A stretch of DNA of 64,000 bases from Antedon mediterranea (taxonomy: Eukaryota > Animalia > Echinodermata). Below the pieces are notes generated by a model. It saw nothing but the letters and a program-made list of their open reading frames with translations. It was not told the DNA's origin and made no database searches. The DNA lies in contig NC_092672.1 in assembly GCF_964355755.1 (NCBI RefSeq), positions 25,860,437-25,924,436 of the forward strand, written 5' to 3'. Numbering within the stretch: the stretch's first letter is position 1; each line of letters starts with the position of its first letter. Both the position numbers and the translations under genes were made by a program. Of the stretch, positions 27,508 to 40,375 are shown in pieces.

Positions 27508-29856
27508 GTGCGAGAATTTCTCAATAGTAAACATGTCATACGTGTACTAACGGAGGTAATGCTAGGTCAACTCATTTCAATTATTAAAATATGGATGGAT
27601 ACATTATAAACATATTTACGAACCGATATTAGTGTCTATTTCTATCATCCCTTATCCCTATTTTATCTAGAGTAGTAGACATTATAAATACAGTATCCGT
27701 ATTTTTTGTTTATACAAAGAATCGGAAGAAATTGCATTTTAGCGGGAGAGCCTTAGGTGACTTGAGATAGACCTGACCCGTCAATCGAAAGTTGTGAGGT
27801 CTATAAGCATATACAAATAGGAAATAACAAAGGCTTAAAGAGTGCATTGTCCCAAAAAACATGACAAATTAAATTACTAAATAAACTTTAAATAGGCCAT
27901 TTTTGTAGGTTTACGTTTTAATAAAGTTATTCGCTTCTGTAGAAATAAAAAAAAACAAACAAAATAGTTTCACTTAGCCTATATAAAGTAAAATCAAACT
28001 TGTCAATATAACTAAAAAAAGATAATTTTACTATTTTTTTACTTTAAATTACATTTTTTAGGTTAATTATTCTGTTTTCGATCAAATTGTTTGTTAAAGT
28101 TACTATTATATGACATTGAATTGGTATATTACAAAACTTAATATATTTTTTTATGAAAACAATATATTTAATGAACGACTATTCATCGGATATATTCATT
28201 GGATTAACAATTTTGACAAATCACACGACGGATCATATCTATGAAAACTAAGAAACCTTCACTTTGAACAAATTAATTAGCATTAGCTAATAATTATGCG
28301 GATTATCACATTTTTAATCATTCGGAAGTTTGTAATCTAAACTCATAATTGTTACTGTGAGCCTTGTTCGTAGTGTGGTTTACTTTCTCGACCTCCCATG
28401 GGTATTCTGACTCTTACCTTAAAACAACCACATTCAACTAATTGCGGTAGAAAGGCTTGTTAATGAAACAGCTGGTCTCCTTATTCTAAAGATAACTATC
28501 TTTTCTGTTCCAATTTTAACAAAAGCAGTAAAATTCACTCTTCCCTGGATAAAGCAGTCGCTGTTGTTTTGTGATCATTAAACTACAATATGTTAGGTGT
28601 CTAGCCTTTTACCTCAAGGCCTAACCTGACCCAACCCACCCTACGTTTTATGTGTCACGAGAAGCTTACAATATAGTGTTTTGCTTGAACTCTGCGTACA
28701 GTATTTTAATGTTTTTGTGTTGATGTTTTCCCAGCTTACTATTATACATATTTTATGTAATTTTATATTTAGGTAATTGTTTTAGTGTTAGACCACCACA
28801 GCGTCTCGTTTCACAAGAACTTTCTTCTGGCTTCATATACGAGAACGTTGACATTTTGAATTCTTAGCATTCTTGAGGGGGTAATCGAGGGTTTCTTATA
28901 TTTATTATGAATTAATAATAATCATATTTACATACATTTCGTTTTAGCGCGAGTGGCCTAGGGGAAGTGTTTCAAATACAAAGCGACCTACTTTTCAATG
29001 CATTTGCATACATTTTGGTACGCAAATGTTCCGCATTCAATGCGTGGATGATATGCGGAACAATGCGGACAAAATTCGCGTTAGTGTCACAAAATGTATT
29101 TAAATTCAATAAATATGTAGCGTCATCACATACTACAACATGTACGGTATTGATTTTTTATCAAGTTACGGGTTAGGGTCAGAGTAGAAATTTTCATCGA
29201 ATGTTACTCTCAGACTTTATTTGAAATAAAATTAGATAAGTAAAGAAGAAACACATTCTCTTTCAATACATTCCGATTTAGTCCACGAAGCTCCAGATTA
29301 ATCATTATATGTAAGACAAAAGAATGAGCTGCTGTATAGAATATCATTTATTCCGCCGATAGCTGCAAGAGTTTGCAACTGTATAGGCCTACCTTACACT
29401 TGGAAGATGTGCAGTTTATACGTCCTATTAATAAAGGGCATTTTTAACATCTTTTAGACTTGATGACGGTTTCCTTAGACGATGTACAATGGGTACGGTC
29501 TTTAAGGGTATTTTAATATACTAGATGGTACGCTCGCTTCGCTCGCGTACCATCTAGGTCGTGCCCACAGATGGTTCTCGAATACATAATAATTTCAGCG
29601 TTAAAAAACTGGCGATTTCAAATGTACAATAATGCAGGACAATAATACATGTCGTTTACAGGAAGGAATAAATAGACACTGTGATTTATGTACTGAACTA
29701 AAATTAGCACCCTGGGAATTACTTCCGAAAGAGAAACTTGTCACAAAATGAGACCAATTGTTTAAGTCAAATTTAAACAAACTTAATTTGTGTTTTGTAT
29801 GTAACATTAGGGTTGAGGGATGGGAAAGAGGATGGGTGCAAAGAGGAACAATTTTT

Positions 29857-30070
29857 AAATATATTCTTTATCCATGTAGTAACGAAATATTAATTGTTTT
29901 CATGTTTTACAAATAATATACCACTAAACACAGTAAAACATTGCGATGTAATACTTTGTTGAAAATATATTCTTTATCCATGTAGTAACGAAATATTAAT
30001 TGTTTTCATGTTTTACAAATAATATACCACTAAACACAGTAAAATATTGCGATGTAATACTTTGTTGAAA
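29857..30070. repeat. Recent 106-bp tandem duplication
   Basis: Two near-identical copies of aaatatattctttatccatgtagtaacg...atactttgttgaaa (one mismatch seen). Confidence 0.9.
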
Positions 30071-31291
30071 CTATCCCGTCCTAGTCGATTGAAATAGTAT
30101 AGTACATGTAACGATACATCACTACGAATTGTATAATATGTTTATATAATGTAAAACAATTTGTGAAAACCGCACCGATTCGTGGCAAATCATAAATTCG
30201 AGTAATAAATATTAAATTATCTAACTCAACTTAATTAGTAGGCCTAATGGGTTTCAATTGTTTCTTAGAGCCAATTCATACTTAAGTTGGTTCCTAACCC
30301 TACCCACCAAAGTTGTTCTGCGTTTAGGGCATGTGATGCACCGTAGGCCTATCCTCTCCCGTCTTTACAACGCTACTCATGCCAGTGAGGGAAGGGTGAT
30401 GCTGTGGGTGGTTTAAATGCAATAATAAAGATTTGTACATAATATACGGCGACTGAAAACGCTAGCTCATTATCCGTTTAAAAAAAATTATATCCAACCT
30501 CTGCAACACAGATTGGGAAAAAAATGGATCGAATTTCTGTTATGAGTATACAGTACTTGCCTTTACGACGCCTGAGGGAATAGACACTTGTTGTGGAACA
30601 GAGATTGGAATGTTCCATTCATCGCAAATCAATACATTTATATAAACGTATATTAAATCTCTCAAAATAGTATTTTTTAAAGAAAATAGGCCTGTCTTCA
30701 ACATTATGATGCTGTACTCGAGCTGTTCAACCGGTTTTCAGCCATTAAAAACAATTATCGTAGGAGGAGATAGGAAAATGCGAAGCATCCTCGTGTTATT
30801 GTCTTCGGGTATTTTTCAAGATGGACATCCATTAGACAGTGTATACCACGATCGAAAAACACCCCTATTTGGGGCAAATCGTTGAACCTAAATTTGTTTT
30901 AATTGTCAATAACTAATTATCTAACTCAATTTAATTAGTAAACAGGGTTACATCTGGTGGTTAAAATCAGTACCGAAATTCTAACCAACTTTATATACCA
31001 TCGAGTAAACATTCTAGAAATAACGCCTGATTTACCAAATTTTGCCCTTACGTAAATTTATATATAGATATAAAAACAGAAAGAATTTCTATACCTTTGG
31101 GATTCCTGCCAGATTGTGCATAACGTGTTTTTTTTTTTAATTTCAATATGAATTTTAATTTTGGAGCCGCGTTTTTGATCTGAAACCTGGCCATCAGTTT
31201 TCTGAATAAAACATAAAACAATGATACGAATCTTTTTGTTTCAACAAAAGAAAGTCTTTAGCGTTTCCTGTAATTATCGAACATCAGCATG

Positions 31292-31920
31292 ATTGGTTAA
31301 GAGTGTGTTTACCTGCACCGGGTGACGGGTCTTGATTAAGAGTGTGTTTACCTGCACCGGGTGACGGGTCTTGGTTAAGAGTGTGTTTACCTGCACCGGG
31401 TGACGGGTCTTGATTAAGAGTGTGTTTACCTGCACCGGGTGACGGGTCTTGGTTAAGAGTGTGTTTACCTGCACCGGGTGACGAGTCTTGGTTAAGAGTG
31501 TGTTTACCTGCACCGGGTGACGAGTCTTGGTTAAGAGTGTGTTTACCTGCACCGGGTGACGAGTCTTGGTTAAGAGTGTGTTTACCTGCACCGGGTGACG
31601 GGTCTTGATTAAGAGTGTGTTTACCTGCACCGGGTGACGGGTCTTGGTTAAGAGTGTGTTTACCTGCACCGGGTGACGAGTCTTGGTTAAGAGTGTGTTT
31701 ACCTGCACCGGGTGACGGGTCTTGATTAAGAGTGTGTTTACCTGCACCGGGTGACGGGTCTTGATTAAGAGTGTGTTTACCTGCACCGGGTGACGGGTCT
31801 TGGTTAAGAGTGTGTTTACCTGCACCGGGTGACGGGTCTTGGTTAAGAGTGTGTTTACCTGCACCGGGTGACGGGTCTTGGTTAAGAGTGTGTTTACCTG
31901 CACCGGGTTACGGGTCTTGA
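31292..31920. repeat. 39-bp minisatellite, about 16 copies
   Basis: Unit ttggttaagagtgtgtttacctgcaccgggtgacgggtc, contiguous, varying mostly at two positions (ttgG/ttgA, cgGg/cgAg). Confidence 0.97.
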
Positions 31921-34900
31921 TTCATCCTGTAAAAAATGGAACGGTTCACTATTTCTGTTCTTCGAAAAGTTGAAGAATAAAACAATTTTGAAAGCTTGGA
32001 TTTGTACCTATATTGGCACAGTTCAGTAGGCTATAGTACAGTACTATCGAGTATAAAATGCATTATACTATGTAGCCTACTATACATTAAACTAAATAGG
32101 CATGTTATAGTAGTATCTAGGCCTACACAGTATTTTAAATAAACTTTTTAAAATTTAATATTTATTCGAGACTCAATTTTTTCTCTGTTAAATCATGTTT
32201 TATGAGTAATTATATGTGGGCCTATGGTTTTCCATCCACAATTTCACAACACAAAAGTATAATTGAAAAGGTATGTAAAAAACCTAATCATAAACAATTT
32301 AATTTGAAAAAATATTCGTGGTTCTTAGAATAAACCAATTGTTTCTAAATTTAGGAGCATCGGCAGAGAGAGGGGCTGCGGTAACCATATATATTATGTT
32401 GTAACATAAACTGCGGTAGATTTCGTGGAAAAACAATGGTATGAACTTTTGGCGCACTATGCTGAGAGAGAAACGAGAGAATATACTCATTTGAATTTCT
32501 CTTGACAAAGCGTATCACGTGACGATTTTCTAAAAATTTCAAGTTAAATATCCTTTGTTATTGATTGATTGATCACTTTATTTCAGAATAAATATGCGAT
32601 ATAAACAACAAACAATACAAAACGAAAAATCACACTAAAATAGGATTTTATAAAACAAGATATATACTAATAATATAATAATGTTTAGCCTAATATAATA
32701 TTTACTTAGCATATCATTAAAAAGCTATTTTTCATCTTTATGTGATAAACATTTTATTTCAAACAATGGTACCTGGGAGGAAGCAAGTCAATTAGTTCGT
32801 TCGTTTCGTTCGTTCTTTCATAATACTGGTATGCATAATTGCCTTCTTTGATCGTTGAATACTACTATGGATGTTCATTTCTTTGCGGAAATGCCTATAT
32901 TATATTAAAGAGGGTGTGTGTGTGTGTGTGTGTGGGGGGGGGGGGGGTCACTTTCCGAGAGAGGAACGATGACAGATAGTATTATTAATTAGTCAATATG
33001 TTTAACACGAGGGAAAACCAAATTAGGAGAAGGACCAAAGAAAAAAAATGCTCGAAATACCTAATAGTAGGCCTACTAACTCTGGCTTACATTGTCAACT
33101 CACCCTATATATCAGCAAAAATAAAGTAGGCTATATTATAATATTACATTATTGTATATATTATTCTAAGATACAGAATTCTCACATGTGTACATATTAT
33201 ATTGTGATAATAAGACCACGTGTCATGATCAGTACACCTGATTTGTAAACATTAGAAAACCCACCACGAAGAAAAATGAAAATATGAGTTGATGATGGTA
33301 ATACATAATGCGAAGAAACATGGTGTAAAACAGCATACCTGATAGGTTAAACTCATTATAATAGTAAACATCTTCAATATTTGAATTTACTCCTGGTTGG
33401 AATCTGGCGTCATTTGACCAACTCGATGTTGTACTTGCGTTTTACAGCCAATTCTTTAATTGAAATTTCGTTTTTCGTAATACTGTAGTTGTATACCCTT
33501 TTTTTTCTGTTAGCTTAGAGGCAATACATTTGTAAACTCAAAGCATATTTAAAGTATCACGTGTCTGTGTAATTACGAAGTGATACTTTTTTGGGGAGCT
33601 AGGTTAGGTTGGTGGTTGGGGTGGAGGTCTCGTTGGGTATCATCAAATTGATAAAATATGTGATATTAAATATGTAAAATGTACTCCTTTGTTGTAAATG
33701 TTTAAATTATCATTTCGTTTCATCCTTTACTGACATTTATTTTAATTGTAAAAGGGACATTTTTACTCTGTAAAAGTGGTTAAAATCTGAAATGATGTGA
33801 TCGCTTGAAGAACAAGTTCACTCTATGGGGAGTGAAAATCTAAAGTGACCATCCTTCAATAAGAGTGGTCCTTAAGCACACTCCTTAAAATTCACTGGGT
33901 TGTCACTCCACTCCTACATAATAAAGAGAGTACAGAGTACAATACCGTACGACACTGTTTAATAGGCCTAACATAAATGAATGACAGAAAATAAAATTTA
34001 AAATACGGTAATAAAATAAACTTATAGTGTAATAACATATCATATAAAAAAAAATTCATAACCCATACAATATCCATATATGGAAATATGAATAGTGTTA
34101 CGTAACAGTGAATGATATGACCTAACATGGCAATGTTAAAAAAAACAAAACAAAAATCCCAGCAATATTATCTCTCAACAGCGAGGGTATCATGCGTATG
34201 GTCATCATGCCAAGATCTGACGTCAAGGATTCCTACAAATCGATGGGTACAAAACAAACATAATATTTTTATTTTAAGACTGTAATGTACTGTTTTGCAT
34301 ATGATAAGCACGTTAGAATTGTTTATAAACATTGTAGTATGAGTACCTACATGACAACACTCGCAAACAGTGCAACATGTGCTTATATAGCCTAATATAC
34401 GTAAATAATATCAGTAAATGTATACTGATTAGATAAGATAGAAAAATTCTTCATCTAAAGAACCCGAACGTTTAAATAGGCATCTTCCGTACCTCCTTAT
34501 TCGGAATGTATTGATTTCTCCTTCGTGAGGGAAACACACTTTTATATTTTCAGTTCATCCGCTCTCTTATTTTGTTTCTTTTCATAAATTGTTTTGATTA
34601 ACAAGTTGTGCTGGTAGAAAATTCTGATTTTTGTTTTCTATTTTGAAATAAGAAAAGTATATTTAATCTGGATAACAACATGAGGTATATAGAAATGATG
34701 GAAAACGAAATGAATTTTTGATTTTAAAGCACCAGACAAGTTATATATTCTTTTTTTTATTTCATTACAACCTACCTCAGACTCTAATCAATCCGTGACA
34801 AAAGGAAAAGGCAAATTCCCGAATGACAATTTCACAAATTAGCCTTAATACTGTACAAGGTATTACTGTTTCTCCAGCACAAGAGTTTTGCTATAAATAT

Positions 34901-36204
34901 TTTCAAATGGGTTTTTCTTGATAAAATAAATTGAAAATTAAACTACAAAGTTTTAATTTGTATATCCTTAGTGCCGTATCATATCTACGCATCTCATAAA
35001 ATGCAATTTTTAAAGTTATTCTAAAATTACAGGTTAAAAAAATAATATTAAACTATAATAATAAACAATAATACATTAATATTCAAACCTTGTACTTGTA
35101 CACAGTATATTTTCATTAGTAATATTACGACTTATTGCATCGTGCATTTTAATGAAATAATGAGTCGGTTTGGACCTCTTTCACCTTGATAGCTAATGAG
35201 GCCAAGGCAATGTTTACTATCATGGTTAATGATTTAATTCATAACACGTTATATCAACATTAGGCACGACGATCTGTTGAAATTATTATACATACGAACT
35301 GTCCATCCCTGATCATAAAAAGGGCTCTCTGGTATTAGGCCTAAAATATATATTGCTTTTATAATATAGGCCTAATTCTATATTGGAGATATTTTTCTGT
35401 TAAAAGACACTTCTCCAATCAAAGACAAATTTTAAAAAAATAAAATAAGGTTTTGGTCTGGTTTTCAGTGAACCAACGTTTTTTCCGTATTATGCTTTTC
35501 AGCAAAAACCCTTCCTTTAGGACATCTCTATTAGGGTACACCCGTATACAACCCTTTTACGTGAAATTAACGAGGAGAATCATGTTTTACAATACGGGTA
35601 TCACCTGTTATATGAAAGACCCTATCTCTAGCGGTCGACACATCACTGACTTCTACTGTCTCCTGTAATAATTGGTAATAATCTATAGTTAAGTTCAACT
35701 TCAGTTTTTCTTAAGGGTAAATGTGCAGCTACCTTAACACATAAGTATTATTATACTTGTATTACTGAATAGAATAATTGTTTCTGTTTTGGATGCATAT
35801 CACTTATTAGCAAAACTAGTACTCTGAGAATATGGTTTAAAAATTTCCCCCTCCTCCTACTTCCCTACGTGGAAAATAAACAAAATACTGGATTTGAAGA
35901 CTTTTGTAGGTGTAGACAGAATGACTTTACGGTAGTTACTAAGAAATGATATTCCGCTTTGGATTTAAAATACCATAATTTACTCAAGAACACCTACATA
36001 AATAAAAGTTAATCATCAGTGAAGTAATACAGAACAACACGTAATGTACACGACACCAGGCTGAAACAATAACCATAAAATAAAAAAATAAAATAAAAAA
36101 CATGCCAATGTATTATAAAATAAATTAAATTTACAATGTATTATAAAATAATATCCTACGCTATAGTTCGTAGTACAGTATTCTATTTTCTGCAGTATCT
36201 TTGC

Positions 36205-36338
36205 TTCCGGTTACTTCGGGCAAACCACCGTTATCAAAAACCCGAATGAGTCACGTACTAGACGTCATCAACCAATCAGCGTCGAGACATTGGGATACTC
36301 CAATTGGGTCAGCAGTCGTCGGGATACCCTATATATAT
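36205..36338 (+). promoter_or_regulatory. Proximal promoter of MMP copy A
   Basis: ETS-type TTCCGG (36205), AP-1 TGAGTCA (36247), CRE-like GACGTCA (36261), CCAAT (36272), NF-kB-consensus GGGATACTCC (36292) and TATATATA (36330), about 80 bp before the ATG. Confidence 0.65.
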
Positions 36339-36414
36339 CCTACAATCGTTTATACTTTTCAAAAGAAATTGTCGAACCTGTCAAAAGAGTATTCGATACA
36401 TTCCAAATAAAATC

Positions 36415-39400
36415 ATGCTCTTAACTTGTACAACGATGCAGTTAGGTGTTTTTTTCAGGCACATACGGGTAGTGCAATACGCGATTTTAGTATGCTGTTA
36501 CGCGCTTTCATCTTCAAAGGCTTTGCCGATATCAGGTACTCTACCTCAGGTAAGTAACTATACATTAATATTTCAACTTTTTTGTTTTCTTTATGTTTAT
36601 TTTTCTCAAATTGTAGACGTTTAGTATTATCATTATTAATTTTAATTGACAGTTATCTGAGTTAAATGACTTTTCTATGGAGACATTTTCAAGCTCTAAT
36701 ATCACTACATCGTTTTTTCTGAAATGTCAATGGAATGGATTTTGTACTGATGGATGCGACCATTTTGACAAGAAGAGAACGTGACATTAAATTTAACAAA
36801 TTACCTATTAATTATATTTTAGATTTCTGAAATGTATCGGATTAAACCACAACAATTTGACGTTAATACAATGGATCAATCACCGTTATCATCGTCATCA
36901 TTATCATCGTCATCATTATCATCGTCGTCATTATTATCGATATCTGAAAATATAGAAGAGTTTGTTAATCCACCTGAATGTGGCAAATCTAACGACGACA
37001 CATTACCCGAAGGAGGACGTGAAAAGAGATATATACACGTAGGCGGAAAATGGTCCGGTTCGAAGGTAACCTATAGGTGAGTTTAACCTAAAATTATCAA
37101 ATTCCCCGGCGGTTAATTCAAAAGAAATTGCTCAGGTGGATGGCCATAAATCCTGTTATTAACATTTCTGACTTACAAATTACACCTTTTTGCAATTGCT
37201 GTTTATATTATTTCTTGTAACAACCCTTCTTTGCTGCTACATTGGCATCCGTCAATAGGCTCCTCGTATGGCAGTATAACCGCCCGCGAAGATACCTATT
37301 TATTGCTATTATCGTTTACTTGACTTGACTCCGAGTCAGGTGTATAGTCATAAATCGAATGAAAAGCAGACTCACTGTTTATGATTCTGTAACACATCCT
37401 GATATCTGTAAAACATTTGAATTATTCCATTTGTTACAACGAGATGAAATAACAACATTAAGCGTTCAAGGCAGGTGTGACGCTAACCGCCGTTTACCCG
37501 ATGTCGAAGATCACGTCCAGTAGTCATAAATCCGAATAGACGTAGGCCTATATCATCAGATTAGAAATTAGTTAAAATCATAAAAGTGTTCCATAATTTC
37601 TTCCAATAGAGTCTTAGTTAGTTTTTAGCAGCAAACCCACTATAAGCTAAATCTAACCAATGCTAAATCTATCATGTATTACGTAAACTTGTTTTCAATT
37701 TGGTTATCATTGATGACGTAAAAAATAGTTATAATAAGCTAAACATGAAACCGAATCGCTCAGTAGGCTTAAAATTAAGTTACCTGGCGGTGCGTAAAAC
37801 GTCACATTTTCCCTGAAGTGTTTTCCCTTGTATTACACAACTATTACATTTTTTTATTTTGGAGTTTATTAATGTACAGAACATTTAACCTAAAACACGT
37901 TAGGAAAAACAATGCAGCCGGTTAATATAATATGTTCAGCCTGTATATTATACATATACTGTTAGTTTTAGTCAGTGAAGCCATGGAGGGAATAATTGCT
38001 ACGTTGGGAAGCTGACTAACAACACAACAGTGTGTTTCAACTAAGCTCTGTAGCAAGATCTGTTATAGATAGAGTTACCTATTTTATATTGCCAGACACA
38101 GAGATGACCTAATAATAACTTTAAAATAGTTTAGTAGACTACCAAAGTACACGATCACTGACCATGGAAGATAAATAACTGGTACCACAGCTACTACTTG
38201 CACAGTGTGTTTTAGGTCTAAACACCCCTAGAGAAGACACCTTCGGGACGCGTCGCTATCCCCATTAATAATAGGGATGGTGCTAAATAGAGGTTTGCCG
38301 TAGTGTTAAATGATACCTTAGGCCTGCTCCTCATTTCACGGGAAAGTGTAAGTAGGTGTTCTACAGTAGGCCTATACGATACGTCAAAGTACCTTTAATT
38401 GCGTCTATATTATTATTTAAGCGTTTGCAACCAATTACAAAAAAGCTACAACCACAGAGACCTCCCTGCACAGAGGTAACACTTAATGATAATTAGCCAC
38501 TGGCAATAATTTGTATAAGGTCACTTTGATTGACTGGTCAAACGTCCCCGGGTGTTTTGACATTGTTTTTTTTCAACAGTACTATCAAAATCACAGGTAT
38601 ACGTACGATACCAATTAGTTGCGAGGTTTGACGTTACGAACACATCAAGAAGCCAACGCGATGTTAACACATCGATGACGCGAAATGTGTAATCCCGCCA
38701 GGCGTCGATGTTGAGCGCTACACTGTTTAATACATGGACCATTGTTATAAATGAACACCCTGGATCTGATCTCGTAAAACAATTGTGTATATTGACAGAT
38801 CATAGTTTTACAACAGTGTTTATATGGTTTTCATAAAATCATATAATTTACCTACCGCGACTCAACTTCAAAACACCGGTACACGGGAATAAAAAAATAC
38901 ACCATGCATCAATTTGTATGGGAAAAGGTCTCCAATTCTCAATAATGCATAATAACATATTAAAAAAAAACATATGTAAAATAATAGAACTGCCTGCCTT
39001 TTGTAGTATAACTTTAGTACAGTGATTCAAACAAACTAGAGGGCGCAACTCACATGATACATGTTGTTTAAGACCGTGTTTCCACAGTCAAAATATACAC
39101 GCAATGCAAAATTAACCGATAAAAGGGTCATTCAGATTAGACAAAAGTTATTAATACGATAATGTTTAACCTTTGACATGGAGGTTAAATTGGTGTGACG
39201 ATGACGTACGGTACAAATGAAGTTTCTCGCATTATGTTAATGATTGGGCATACGTAGTTATTATTTTATTTTATTAACGATCTGTAAAATAACAACATTG
39301 ATGTGTTTTTTTTATTGCAGAATAATGAATTACCCAAAGCGAGGTAAACCATCTAAAGCCAAGATTCACAAAAACATTGCCCGAGCATTTAGATTGTGGG

Positions 39401-40001
39401 AGGGCGCAAGTAACTTAAACTTTGAAGAAGTTTACTCAGGAAAAGCAGATATCGTCATATCATTCGCCAAAGGAAAACATGGCGATAGATACTCATTTGA
39501 CGGTAAAGGCGGTTGGTTGGCGCATGCGTTCTATCCAAGAAGTGGACATGGTGACATGAATGGTGATATTCACTTTGACGATTCAGAAAAGTTTACACTA
39601 AGACCAGGAAAAGGTACGTAGATAAAAAATCAGTATATAATTTTACGAACACACCAGTTTTCGTGTGTTTTGTCATATGAAGTTCAAATTCAGCTTAAAA
39701 TCCGTTGCTTAATTCTATAAACATATGTCGATTGCTTAATTATGCAAATTTGTAGTGCCATGTAATGTCTAACATATATCTTTATTTTTTTTCAGCTGGT
39801 TATAATTTCTTCTATGTTGCATCACACGAGATTGGTCATAGTTTAGGGTTGGGACACTCGCGGGTAAGAGGAGCTCTCATGGACAGTGCGTATCCAGATG
39901 ACCCGTACAACGTAAAACTCACACAAGATGATATTGACGGCATCCAGGCGCTCTACGGTCCACCAAATACACAATCAAACGATATTTTTGATCTCATATA
40001 A
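36415..40001 (+). CDS. Matrix metalloproteinase (M10A matrixin), minimal form without hemopexin domain, copy A (about 288-295 aa)
   Basis: Exons: 36415 (or ATG 36436)-36549, 36823-37076, 39321-39613, 39796-40001, all GT-AG and phase-consistent. Signal peptide ending ...SSSKA|LP, furin site [33 protein letters not shown], zinc motif [11 protein letters not shown], Met-turn [14 protein letters not shown], then a stop after 12 residues. Confidence 0.93.
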
Positions 40002-40189
40002 ATCAATGTCAATTTTAATAATGTATATATAATATTTATTTATGACTATTTCTCGGATTTCTGCCGAGTTTGCAATTAATTATTTATTAATGTAATTAAA
40101 CTACAACATTTTAAATTTTAAAAAGGCATTGTCTTTAAATGCACATAAACATAGGCCTATCAATTAATGTGTTGTTTTTTTGTTTGTAA

Positions 40190-40375
40190 AGCCTGGTTCC
40201 CACTAGTGACGCAACGTAAGCAATTGCCCTTCCCATAATTGTATTTGCCCCCGCCTGCGTGAAATCAAACCTGCGATTTTTGCAGCACTGTTGCGTCGTC
40301 GTTTCCTACTTGTGATTACGTAATACATCTTTGCGTCAATACGTCACTGCGTTGCGTTCTAGTGGGAATCACGCT
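40190..40375. mobile_element. PIF/Harbinger MITE family 1 copy c, downstream of MMP A
   Basis: agcctggttcccactagtgacgcaacg ... cgttgcgttctagtgggaatcacgct flanked by TAA/TAA. Confidence 0.8.

Noticed and set aside
31274-31903. 209-aa repetitive ORF, or a CRISPR-like array
   Set aside because: Contiguous 39-bp units with no unique spacers and no cas genes, in a eukaryotic context; the ORF is a by-product of the unit length and lacks an ATG start.
32914-32947. (GT)n followed by poly-G
   Set aside because: Ordinary microsatellite/homopolymer.
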